DNA from: Eledone cirrhosa
Taxonomy: Eukaryota
NCBI GenBank assembly: GCA_964016885.1
Contig: OZ024745.1
Coordinates: 128,960,001-129,024,000 of the forward strand
Length of the DNA: 64,000 nucleotides
Direction: 5' to 3'
The position numbers and the translations under genes were made by a program. Within the stretch, counting starts at the first letter, position 1; each line of letters starts with the position of its first letter. The notes beneath the pieces are model-generated. The model was not told where the DNA came from and did no database searches. It saw only the letters and a program-made list of their open reading frames with translations. Positions 12,443 through 24,025 of the stretch are shown here, piece after piece.

Positions 12443-15152
12443 ATATATATATATATACTTTAGTTGGGGACTAACATTCATAATGTATTTGAACCTAAAA
12501 GAACATGTTTAATCAATTAAAATTAGCCCCCGTAATGAAAAGAAAACTCATTAGCGTTAATGATAATTCTTGTTAAAGAAAAGGGAACTAACTTCAAAAT
12601 TGAAATTAATTAGAAATTGAAGGGATGGAAGTTGTGGGGGTAGTGAATCCTGTCTTTGTTACGTACTTGCCAACATTAATTGATTGAATATTTTGCGGTG
12701 GGGTGCTCAGTACATTAGATATATTTAGCCCCCATTGGCATCCCTTGGAAATTTTCCATGTCATTATTTTAAATTGCTTAACCAGTGAGTGCATTTTTTC
12801 CTTTCTTATTAAAATCCTATATATTCTCAGCTTAAGCTACGAATAAGAGCCCTGGAAAATGTCCCTTTCTCTTTTTCATATATGTATTATAAAGAGTCGG
12901 GTCCTGACTCTTTATAATAAACCCTACTCTACTACCTCAAGTATCAAGTACTCTGTTGAGTAATGGTCTAACCAGTTTCAAACTGATTTCATCTTGATTT
13001 ATATATATAAAAACAAACCTAAATTATCGAGTTCGCATTTCGGCCCACGAAATAACGAAAAACAACCTCCGAGATGTGCGGCAAGTGCTCAATGATTCAG
13101 ATGAACCAGAGCTATAACAAACGTTAAAGGCCAAACACACTGAGACGATGGTTAAACAATCATTTGCATAGCCAAAAAAACGATCAAGTAATTCGAGTAT
13201 TGAAAATTTACACGGACCCCTGGAAGGTTGGTAAAATCCAGTATATGGGTTTCTGTGGCTCCTAAATCAAGTACCATCCGCTTACATAAATAATGTTAAG
13301 CTTCTGGTAAGATGATTGAACAAGGAAGCCACTTTCTCAACAGGTTTTAGTTCAATGTTAATACAAGGACTGACTATTGCTGACCCCACGTGGGGATCGG
13401 CAAGGGAGGCAACCCCTACATCAGGCGAATGAAATTCAGTTGTGAATATTTTTGCAAGAATGCAAAAACATCACAAATCGAATAGAGTTCTCAACAGAAG
13501 GGTTAAAATTAACATAAGCTATTCATCAGTCAATAGAATCAACTATAAAATCAAGAAAATTAACTGGTCATGAAGAGGGGACTGTCCCTTGTTTGTGCTT
13601 TCCTTTCATTTCTAAATACACTTTATCAGTAACCACGCAGCCCTTTGTTTCTTTCTCTTTCTCCCCCCCCCCCCCCCACCTCTCTCTCTTCCCCCTTCTC
13701 TCTTGCCCTCCCTCCCCCTCACCTTCTCTCTCGCCCTCCCTGTCTCCCCCTTCTCTCTTGCCCTCCCTCTCTCCTCCCTTCTTTCTTGCCCTCCCTCTCA
13801 CCACCCCCTCTCACCGCCCTCCCTCCCTCTCTCTTCCCTTCTCTCCATATCTCTTCACCTCTCTCTGTCTCTCTCCATATCTCTTCCCCTCTATTCTCTC
13901 ATTCTCTCACCCATACCTTTTTCCTCTTCTATCTTTCACTCTACCTACCTGCTTCCCACCAGCTTGTCTCCCGTGTGAAAACTTTGAGGACTTTCCTAGC
14001 TTCACGCGTGTGTATGTAGCTAACTCAACCCATATCCCCAGTATGCGCGCACTCTCGCATTGTTGGACCACATTTATTTAGTATGGAGTGTTGTGGGATG
14101 TGTGAAGGAGGGGGTGGGGGTGTTTATTCACCCAAATCAGTTTTTGTGTGTGTGCTTATTTAAAATCGTATAAACTATAATATATGATATGTCATAAATA
14201 ATGGCAGATCATAAATCGTTTTCGTTTATAGCACAGTTGTCCTTTTTATTACACATACACACACACATGTGTTTTTGTGTGTGGATGTATTTCTCCTGAA
14301 AAATGCATTCAAGTGGCCCAATAAGTGAATCGTCATTCAAGTAAGTCCCTTTAACTTTGTGTGTTCAAATCTCGCCGAACTCGCTTTAGCTTTTCGTCCT
14401 TCCGAGGTCGATAAGATGAAATACTAGAGTTGGTTTACACTAGTATCCAACATCCTTAAAATATGTGAACTTGCAATGATATTTAAAATCACTATTAACA
14501 CTGTCAGGGTTTGTTTCCCTTTCGAACCCTCTTTGGGATCTCGGAATACGCAGGACAGGTCGCAGGCTCATCGCTAGTTTTTGACATGAAATGGAGACCT
14601 CGGACGAAAGACCTTTCAATATTTGATTATGTTCTGAGTTTCGATTTCAAATCACATCGATGTCTGCCTTTCATCATTATAAAGTTATAGAAAAGGGCTG
14701 AAACACTCACTTGAAGAGGGAGGCGGGGTTCTTCTCTGAAGACCTTCTGCTGTCCAAGTTCTCCTGGGAGTTTCTTACCACTAAATTATCTACCAAATAC
14801 TGTGGTCTATGTTATCACTTCACTCAAGTTAATGGTAAGATAAATTGGTCTTGCGTCTTTATGTAGAATCTTCGACATGTTTTTATCTGATGGAGCCCAC
14901 CCTTCTCCAGGTCGTAAAACAGTCGATTTTTTTCCCCCTCAGAGATATATAGACAGAAATATAGATAGATAAAGAGACGAAGAATCGATCCTGGTGCTTT
15001 ATTTATCGACATCGAGAGGATGAAAGTGAAAGTTGAGCAATTAATGGTCCTGTGTTCTAATAAGAAACCATTAAATTCTGTTAATATGGTACAAAATAGA
15101 ATAAGTAAATTACGTAAACTATAAGTGAAACTTATTCATATAGATTGAGTGA

Positions 15153-15198
15153 CTTCTACAGGACTAGAACTGTTTCATTTGTATTAAATCATCAGGAA
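15153..15198 (-). ncRNA. Type I hammerhead ribozyme motif (same family as 42277-42323)
   Basis: UUC-CUGAUGA-UUU-AAUAC-AAA-U-GAAA-CAG-UUCUAGUC-CUG-UA^GAA. Confidence 0.65.
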
Positions 15199-15259
15199 TA
15201 TCAAATAAAGTTGGTCGGTTCTGGTAAATAGATATATATTAGGTCTGAAGATAATGAAA

Positions 15260-15378
15260 TTAAATTCCTTTCGCCTCTCTCGCCCTCTCCATCACTCGCT
15301 ATTAGAAACAAATGGGGGCGCAAGCGCTGGCCGCCAGTAGCCCCGGCGGACACAATAGAGAAAGGCATTTCCCCGGAG
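15260..15378 (+). repeat. Unclassified GC-rich dispersed motif, copy 2 of 4 (most diverged)
   Basis: ccctctccatcactc...aacaaatgggggcgcaagcgctggccgcc...ccccggcggacacaatagagaaaggcatttccccg aligns by eye with the copies at 32471 and 32703. Confidence 0.6.
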
Positions 15379-15630
15379 GATGGCGAGGGAGACATGTTGA
15401 GTCTGATAAACAACTCAGGTAAATTACCAATGTTTCTAGTCAGGGTTGTATAGCTATGATTTATGTCGTTCTCTGTTTTACACTGAAGATCTTGCCAATA
15501 GCTTAAAGAAACGACAGAAGTAACCCGGGTCTATCTCAGGCGAAATTATACGTGACAAAAATAGTACATTACTAGAAATCCCATACGTTATAAAATAGGA
15601 TGTGTTGGGGTCTCAATATATAAACTAAAC

Positions 15631-15950
15631 GGCGGTGGATTGGCAGTATCGGTAGAGGGTCGGACGCCATGTTAGGGCGGTGGATTGGCAGTATCAGTAG
15701 AAGTCGGACGCCATGCTAGGGCGGTGGATTGGCAGTATCGGTAGAGGGTCGGACGCCATGTTAGGGCGGTGGATTGGCAGTATCAGTAGAAGGTCGGACG
15801 CCATGCTTTCCAGCATAGTTACGTCCCTTTACGATCTGAGTTCAAAACCCCGCCGAGGTTGACTTTGCCTTTCATCCTTACGGGTCGATAAAATAAAGTA
15901 CCAGTAATACACAGGGGTAATTGCTGGCCTTGTGCCTAAAGTAGAATCAA
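15631..15950 (+). mobile_element. SINE-A with its 45-bp tRNA head in four tandem copies
   Basis: ggcggtggattggcagtatcggtagagggtcggacgccatg(t/c)tag starts at ~15631, 15676, 15720 and 15765. The last copy continues into a full body. Confidence 0.9.
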
Positions 15951-16093
15951 AGATATAAACGAAACGACTAATTCCGGGGTTTTTTTCAAATCAACGAAGA
16001 CAACCTAGAAAAATACCAACTCACCCCACCGCCTATTATTTTGACCCGAGAGTGCCGCGCGCGCACCCCCCCCCCCCCCCCCACACACACAGA

Positions 16094-16165
<72 letters not shown>

Positions 16166-16724
16166 TAAGAAATGACTCTGCTACAAGATGCTTTATCAAT
16201 CTGCGTCACACTGAACGGACAATCTCGATGCTAACTCTAATATATTCCAGAAGCAGATTATACTCCTACAGATTAAGTAGTGTAGTGGTAATAATCGAAC
16301 AAATTAATTAGGATTATCAATAAATTTAATACAACTAGTATCAGCCAATCGATAAATCAAATCAATTAATAAAGAAAAAAAATCAATATCATTGATAGAC
16401 ACACACACACATATCCAAAGCAGCGATGGTTTCACCAACGCCAAACTGTATAATACCTGTGTGTGTGTGTGTGTATGTATGCATATGCATATATTTATAT
16501 ATATATATGCACACATACACACACATTCATTCATTCACGCACACACGCACACTCCATGCTATTAATATAGAAACGAAGAAAGGAAATGGGAAACTCAGCT
16601 TCGAATAAGTGTGTGTATGTCTATAGGTATGTGTGTGTGTGTGTATGTATATGTGTGTGTGTGTGTGTTATTGAGACATCTTCACCTATTTAATGGCGCG
16701 GTGTGGGTGTCTTCCTAAAAACCT

Positions 16725-16924
16725 NNNNNNNNNNNNNNNNNNNNNNNNNNNNNNNNNNNNNNNNNNNNNNNNNNNNNNNNNNNNNNNNNNNNNNNNNNNN
16801 NNNNNNNNNNNNNNNNNNNNNNNNNNNNNNNNNNNNNNNNNNNNNNNNNNNNNNNNNNNNNNNNNNNNNNNNNNNNNNNNNNNNNNNNNNNNNNNNNNNN
16901 NNNNNNNNNNNNNNNNNNNNNNNN
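16725..16924. other. Assembly gap (200 N)
   Basis: Run of N. Confidence 1.
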
Positions 16925-16984
16925 GTGTTCCGGTGCTACCTTATGTTTATACAATTCTTTTATAAAGTCATTAGTTTGCGACCA

Positions 16985-17180
16985 TGTTGGCGCATCGTTA
17001 CTAGCAGTATCGGTGGAGGGTCGGACGCCATGCTTTCCACCATAGTTACGTCCCTTTCCGATATGAGTTCAAATCCCACCGATGTTGACTTTGCCTTTCA
17101 TCCTTACGGGGTCGATAAAATAAAGTACCAGTAATGCACTGGGTAATTGCTGGCCTTGTGCCTAAAGTAGAAACAATTAC
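16985..17180 (+). mobile_element. tRNA-derived SINE-A
   Basis: Family consensus match with B-box GAGTTCAAATCC. Confidence 0.85.
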
Positions 17181-18057
17181 TTATTTTTTCAATTTTGGTA
17201 GCTGTTTAGCCCTTTTCTATTTTCTTCTTTCTAATTCTGGCTGTGGTTTCGCACGATTTAATTTGAGAGGAGCACATACAATTACCGGCTCGTGCAATAG
17301 AAAAAGAAATATTTCTGCTGGTATGATGTGTGCGTGATAAAACGAACAAATAGATAGACAGAGTAGGGACAAACTCCATCTGCGGTTGCTTGATATTTAA
17401 AAGAAGCAAGTAATAGAGTTGATTCTAACAGAAAAGATGCATTTCCATCTGTATCGCCTTTAATTTTATTACTTAGCGTTATTGGAATTATCTCCATAGT
17501 AATTTGCTTCTTTGCTTTTATCATTTCTACAGGATATGTTGTCTAAATACATTCACCAACAGACAGATGTAGAGAAAGAAATATAGACAGATAGAAACGA
17601 AAAAAATTATAGGTGGAGATATAAATAAATAAATAGATAGAATGATAGACTGATAAAGAGATTGAGAAGTAGCTAGATATATAAAGAAGATAAAAAGGAA
17701 AGTGTGTGTGTGTGTGTGTGCGCGCATGCGTCTGTTTTAATGTACGCGATTGAAGGTATTAAAGCTACTGGCTGAAAACAATGCCAAACAAACAAAACAA
17801 GGTTTCCATACGCTTATGGTAATCTCTTCCATAATCCTCTTGCGGATATTACATGTGTGTGTTAGGGAGGAACTGTTGTGTGTTTGGTGATGATCCTGTA
17901 TCTATGCTTCCACAGTTGTCTCTGTTTGCTTTTAGCGGATGAGGGTTGAATGTTCCGCTTGCATATAAATGTTATTTCTGTCATTCAAGTTCTTAACAAG
18001 GTGTGGAAAGCACTGTGGGCTGAGGCATGTAAAATATAGCGTTCCGTCTCGAAATAC

Positions 18058-18421
18058 GTAGCTCGGAGATCAAGGAGTCACCCCAGGTAGAGCCGCTACT
18101 TCTCCGAATTGAGAGATCACAGCTCCGATACTATAAGCATGTGGTTAGAATGTCTCAGGAAAGAATCGCTGGACAGATTTTACGGGTAAAAACCAAACGG
18201 CAGGAGACCCAGGGTGGGGGTTAGGGCAAGATGGTTGGATAAAAGCTATGAGCTTGGCTAGTCTTGCTTGAGGATCCAGCTGGATCAGTTGGAGACGGTT
18301 GCTTCTGACAGGACCCGCTGGAGGGAGTGTTTGAGGATTATATCCCCAGGAACCTCTCAGGAACTAGTGGGCGAAGAAGAAGAAGAAGAAGAAGAAGAAG
18401 AAGAAGAAGAAGAAGAAGAAG

Positions 18422-18491
<70 letters not shown>
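18058..18491 (+). mobile_element. RTE-like LINE 3' fragment with expanded (GAA)n(GTA)n tail
   Basis: Translates ..QVEPLLLRIERSQLRYYKHVVRMSQERIAGQILRVK..RRPR..RWLD (RTE C-terminal motifs, frameshifted). Confidence 0.75.
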
Positions 18492-19127
18492 CTCGAAATA
18501 CAATAACGTTCCTGCAACTAATTGTAGGTAGAGGATCTATCATTGCTAAGGACTGTGACTTCAGTAATTTATATATTCAGCAACTTTACCACATGTGTTT
18601 TCTTTACTAGGTTTATGGAGGGATTATTTCAAACTGTTTGATTTTTAGTTTAATTTTTATTTTCTTGGTAGATATTAGGTTTGGAGATGAATGGACGTCA
18701 ACCATCGAGTATGATGGTTGCATGTTTATTGTTTGGTAGTTATTATGATTAAGTGCTCTGTGCAGTATATGGCACTAATTATTTTCTACTAAGTACAACG
18801 TTTGATGTAAAATAGCTATTGAGGGCGATTGTGGCCTGACGAGTTTCGTCCTCTTAACCTCTTCAGTTCCGTAGACGAGATAACTCGTCCTAACATTTAT
18901 GCATTCCAATGCCATAGATGAAATAACTCGTCCTCACATGTTTGAAGTCTTTTCCAACAGTTCGTAACTTTAAAGCTAGATGGGGGTTACTAGTGTATTG
19001 ATGTAACGTTTGTCAATCATTCACACATGTGTTGTTAATAAATGTTTGTTTACAAAAAAGTCATTTTACAGCAACCCAATAAAAAAAACCCGCATACCAA
19101 CTGTCTAAAGTCTGTCTTAAGCCAGAA

Positions 19128-19382
19128 AGGATCATTTGGTCGGTGCTTATCCCGGTTTCATGGTGTGAAGCGACTGAGAGTACAAAACTCTTCCCTGGAC
19201 AGGATGCCAGTCCATCGCAAGGTTAAACTTCCAGCTATTGCTGATACACATTTTCAGCTGAGTATACTGGAGCAATATGAAATGAATTGTTTTGCTCAAG
19301 AACACAACACGCAACCCAGGAATCGAGCCCACGAGATTATGATCGTAAGTCCAACACGCTTACCACTAGGCCACGTGCATCC
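19128..19382 (-). mobile_element. Second tRNA-derived SINE family
   Basis: Minus strand reads gtggcctagtggtaagc (A-box), ggctcgattcc (B-box), CORE-like ttgtgttcttgagcaa, then gcgatggactggcatcctgtccaggg and gaaaccgggataagc. Confidence 0.75.
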
Positions 19383-19477
19383 ACACAGCAACTGTAGCTG
19401 TGTGAAATATACGTGGCAGTCAACAGGTTAATACTATTGTAGTGGGATGGTTTTTATTACGTTATACTTTTTAGTGA

Positions 19478-19692
19478 AGGTGTGTGGCTGAGTGGTTAGA
19501 GGATTGGATTCGCAATCTTGATGCTGTGAGTTCGATTCCTGGAGCGGGCGATGCGTTATGTCCTTGAATAAAACACTTTACTTCATGTTGCTCCTTCTAC
19601 CTGGAGTTGCAACCGATAGCTAGTACTAGCAATTGGAAAGACCAATGGAAACATTGTTTGCTCGGTCCGATTTGACGAAAGTCGATCGACTG
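19478..19692 (+). mobile_element. tRNA/CORE-like SINE (partial relative at 49897-50050)
   Basis: tgtggctgagtggttagag (A-box), gagttcgattcc (B-box), tatgtccttgaataaaacacttta. Confidence 0.7.
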
Positions 19693-20185
19693 ACATACTT
19701 TTACTGTAGGTTTTTTATATTTCGTTTGGATGTATTTCTTGTTTATGAGTTTTAGGTTTTGTTGTTTAGATATGAAATATTTGGTGGATAGTTTGTTTGT
19801 GGAGGAAGCTGTACTAATATGTTAAAATTTGTGTCTTGTGGATGAGTGATTATTTTTTTGTGGTGGGTCTTGGTTGGATTGGGTTTGCTGTATTCGTTTA
19901 CTAGTATTGTATTATCGGCTGAGGTTGTGAGAGAAATTTTTATAGATAGATAGATATATAGATAAATAGAGAAATAGATAGATACATGCATACATACATG
20001 CATACATACATTCATACACACACACACATATACATATAACTGTATATATTGTTTGTGTTATGTATATATTTATATATGTATATATATATATATATATACC
20101 ACCTACACCCCACTCTCCAGAGCGTGAAATTAATAAACATTTGTTGTACTGCCTCTCTGTTTTGTCCCTGTTCAAATTTTTCCAT

Positions 20186-20281
<96 letters not shown>

Positions 20282-20296
20282 TATGTGTGTAATATA

Positions 20297-20336
<40 letters not shown>

Positions 20337-20343
20337 CATTAAT

Positions 20344-20415
<72 letters not shown>

Positions 20416-21036
20416 CATGGAACATCCTTGAAAATCTTATTCTTATTATTTAGAAACTTCAACACTCTCTAGATAACGGCGACTGTCTGTGGTAATTCTG
20501 ATTTTGAATTGGAAATTTATTATATCTAGATTATAACGATATTACTTAGCCTATTAGCCGGTGGGGAGGATTGTATCCAGATAATAGATATTTTTCTTAG
20601 TAGTCTTGTGTCAATGATTTCTAGGGTATTAGTCGCTCGGCGTAACATATTCCTGACGCTAACTTCTGTTAATTCACCTGCAGCTTTAACAGTAGGTAAA
20701 TAATAGAAAGACAGAAAATATATTAAAATCATACAGAACATTTCAAGCTGGAATTGGTTGGCAAATGGTTGAACAGTTAATTTAAATAGATAATCAAAGA
20801 CTTTAATTATTTATTATAATAAACATTTCACAAATAATTAGATAAATAAAATAAAAATAAATACAATTATTTTACCCCAAATACTTCACTTCATTACTAG
20901 TAGGTTTGTAATTTTTGCAATTTTGGAATCCGATGGTCTTCTCCACTAGAAGCTTTGTTTATTGTTGGTTTTGTTTTCCGCGAGCATTATTTACGTATAT
21001 GGCATTCGAAGGTTGCTTGCGTTTGTTCTATATATA

Positions 21037-21931
21037 CGAGGTGGGTCAGAAAAGTTCCAGGACTGATGTCACAAAAGATTTATTTCAAACCCAAAATTCA
21101 CACTAAGAGTTTTCTCCTTCCAAGTAATCCCCCTGGCGTATGTAACTGTAATCTTAGCTCTCTGCAGCGATTAAACTTTTTTCTTCATAATTTTATATAC
21201 ATGTCCTCTGTTTCAGGTCGTCAAGCAATTGCACAGAGGAGCGAACAAACTTGAAAACTCCGTCAGAAGCACTGGGATTGCTGCAGCAAGTGTATGGAGA
21301 TGAGACGATGTCACGCTCACGTGTTTTTGAGTGGTGCAAGAGGTTTAAAGAAGGACGCGAGGACGTGGAAGATGACCCCAGGAGCGGAAGGCCCTCAACA
21401 ACCAGGACTGAGATCAACGTTGAGCGCGTCAGGCAGATAGTGCGTAGCGATCGTCGGCTGACTGTTCGACTGATGGCAAATGAGCTGGGCATGAAACGGG
21501 ACAGCGTCTGGAAGATTCTCACTGAAGATTTGGACATGCGGAAAGTCTGCGCGAAGATGGTGTCAAAACTGCTGAACGATGACCAGAAGTGTCGACGCAT
21601 GCAAGTGTGCCAGGACATCCTCGAGCGTCTTGAAACCAAACCAGACTTGCTAGGGACAGTCATCACCGGTGATGAGTCATGGATCTTCGAGTACGACTCG
21701 GAGGGGACCCGTTTTGAAGACGTTGACGACATCAAAAAGGCCGTGACGACGGAACTGCGGAGGATCCCGGAAGAATCCTTCCAGGAGTGCATGCAAGCGT
21801 GGCAGAAAAGGATGGAAAAGTGCATTAGATTCCAGGGGGATTACTTTGAAGAAGAAAACTCTCAGTGTGAAGTTTGGGTTTGAAATAAATCTTTTGTGAC
21901 ATCAGTCGTGGAACTTTTCTGACCTACCTCG
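21037..21931 (+). mobile_element. Internally deleted mariner (Tc1/mariner) DNA transposon, 100-bp TIRs, TA target-site duplication
   Basis: TA|cgaggtgggtcagaaaagttcc...ccctgg (21037-21136) mirrors ccagggg...ttctgacctacctcg|TA (21832-21931). Confidence 0.92.
21201..21883 (+). pseudogene. Mariner transposase remnant (HTH domains + first catalytic D, fused to C-terminus)
   Basis: VFEWCKRFKEGREDVEDDPRSGRPST, RKVCAKMVSKLL and ITGDESW are present, then the frame jumps to GTRFEDVDDIK...CIRFQGDYFE. HDNA and YSPDLAP are absent and the N-terminus is frameshifted. Confidence 0.88.
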
Positions 21932-22030
21932 TATGTGTATTTGGTAGTATATGTGTGTAGTATATGTGCATGTATATTTAAGGAATTTATCGATGGTGAG
22001 TAGACTAGTTGGAGCAATAACGGTCTTATT

Positions 22031-22062
<32 letters not shown>

Positions 22063-22068
<6 letters not shown>

Positions 22069-22237
22069 AAGGTGTGGTAAGATACCAGGTGGACCATAAC
22101 CTACCAGAGTACTCGATACTTGGGGTAGTAGAGTGGGTAATATGAAAAGATTAAGGTCCCCGATGGCTGAGCTCCGGCCGCTTCGATAGCTAGATCCTAA
22201 TTCAGTTCGTCTCGTCGGGGTCTTGAATCTTTTCATA
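22063..22237 (-). mobile_element. PLE-like family A copy with fold-back and degenerate hammerhead (22151-22222)
   Basis: Minus strand reads gacc-CCGACGA-gac..agctatc-GAAG-cggccg-gagct-cagcca-TC-ggggacc. Flanked by (TA)n and (CA)n. Confidence 0.6.
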
Positions 22238-22255
22238 CACACACACACACACACA

Positions 22256-22307
<52 letters not shown>

Positions 22308-22544
22308 CATATATATATACATACATACATACACACACACATAATCATGCTGTAGCTGCAGTACAGCAAGTACAATTCGATTTGTTTTGAGGTCATCACA
22401 GAGCACTCAATGGATCGAAAGTAAAAAATAAACATTGTCTAGAGTTAAACACCGTAGTTATAAAATGTGACACCAAGTTAATCGACCGAAGGCACACACT
22501 ATACATACAACAAAATAACGATATATACAAAAAGGTTATATATA

Positions 22545-22742
22545 TATAATAATAATAATAAATTTGAAGACTAAAATCCAAAGAGGGCTCGATAAGGATA
22601 AATATAAATCAAATATATAAGAACCCTAGAGCAAATATTTATTAAAATAACAGATTAAAGTTTAAGCAAAGAATCGCTGCTTTCACCCTTAACTGGATCT
22701 TCTGAAACTTTCAGAAGATCCAGTTAAGGGTGAAAGCAGCGG
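22545..22742 (-). mobile_element. PLE-like family B copy with terminal hairpin and variant hammerhead (22657-22711)
   Basis: AAAGUUU-CAGAAGA-UCC-AGUUAA-GGG-U-GAAA-GCA-loop-UGC-UU^AAACUUU. Confidence 0.65.
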
Positions 22743-22985
22743 TAATAGAATATTTACGTATCGAGAGAGAGAGAAAAGGAGGGATAGGTGATACATGTAA
22801 TCATTTGCCAAATAACGTATACAGAGGGTGCTCAATACTAGTGCCGGCAGTGTTAAATATTAGAAGTGTTAATATCTAGTGGGCTAGAGAATTAGCAGAG
22901 CGTAAGCACGTGGAGAACGTACGTAGGTGCTATTTTAAATAAACATGTTTTAACGGTCTGTTCTCCTGTATTTTTCTTCTCCACG

Positions 22986-23020
<35 letters not shown>

Positions 23021-23047
23021 ATGAATATGTGTGTGCATGAATATATG

Positions 23048-23455
23048 TGTGGGAGTGAAAGGTCCCCTGTTGTTGTCACAACACCTTTCTAGGAGATGGA
23101 AACTCTGAAAAAAAAACAAAAAAACTTGCGGCTTCGGAAGCATCCGATGATGTTGACCAGTTCTCCTTTTCAGGTAGTGTTTTCGATGCTCAGAGAATGG
23201 AATTGGTCGAGTGCAAGGCTTTTCTCCACTTAAAAAACCTTCAAAGCACAGGCATTGCTTGTTCAGGATATGTTACAGGTTCGTGTGGCTGGCCGTAGCC
23301 TAAAAGTGCACCAAACTCTATAATCTGACAAACGATTGTAATACTCTTTGCAAAGTTTGCAGCCATCATGTATGTATGTATGTATGTATGTATGTATGTA
23401 TGTATGTATGTATGTATGTATGTATGTATGTATGTATGTATGTATGTATGTATGA
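23048..23455 (+). mobile_element. Non-autonomous RTE-related SINE with (TATG)n tail
   Basis: A reverse-complement copy lies at 33355-33670. The 5' part ctaggagatggaaactctgaa resembles RTE 5'UTRs, and the 3' ~45 bp is shared with the RTE end at 58760-58810. Confidence 0.75.
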
Positions 23456-23499
23456 ATGTATGTGTGTGTGTGTATATGCGCGGGGACATAGAAATAATC

Positions 23500-24025
23500 A
23501 GGCTGGATACCCGATCGCGCAGTTAAACCACTGGGAGTGAAGGACCCTAGCCTTTGTCAGGGCATTCTTCTAGGAGAAGGCAACTCAGAAACCTGGGATA
23601 ACTCCGACATAAAATCTACGGCTCAGTAGTTACTGATGATGTTGATCTTTCTTCTTTTCGGGTTATAGCTACTGTCGCTCAGAGAGTGGGATTGGCTCAG
23701 TGCACAGTCTTTCCTCACTTTAAAAATGATCTTCACGCACAGGCATTGCACGATAGCATTAATTGATAATTGTTTCTACTTTTGGCACAAGGCCAGCAAT
23801 TACCCAGTGCATTACTGGTACTTTATTTTATCGACCCCGTAAGGATGAAAGGCAAAGTCAACCTCGGCGGGATTTGAACTCAGATCGTAAAGGGACGTAA
23901 CTATGCTGGAAAGCATGGCGTCCGACCCTCTACCGATACTGCCAATCCACCGATTGATAATGATCAATAATGTTATATCGCGCAATAGCCATACTCGATA
24001 AGGAGGGGGCAGCCATCATCATGTA
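23500..24025 (+). mobile_element. Related RTE-type non-autonomous element interrupted by SINE-A
   Basis: A relative lies at 41120-41520 (-). The host resumes after the insertion and ends in ggcagccatcatcatg. Confidence 0.65.
23769..23953 (-). mobile_element. Young full-length SINE-A with 9-bp TSD attgataat
   Basis: attgataat at 23762-23770 and 23954-23962. The body is close to the family consensus. Confidence 0.9.

Noticed and set aside
18835-18940. piggyBac-like terminus (TTAACCTCTT, repeated GACGAG..CTCGTC)
   Set aside because: No matching opposite end was identified.
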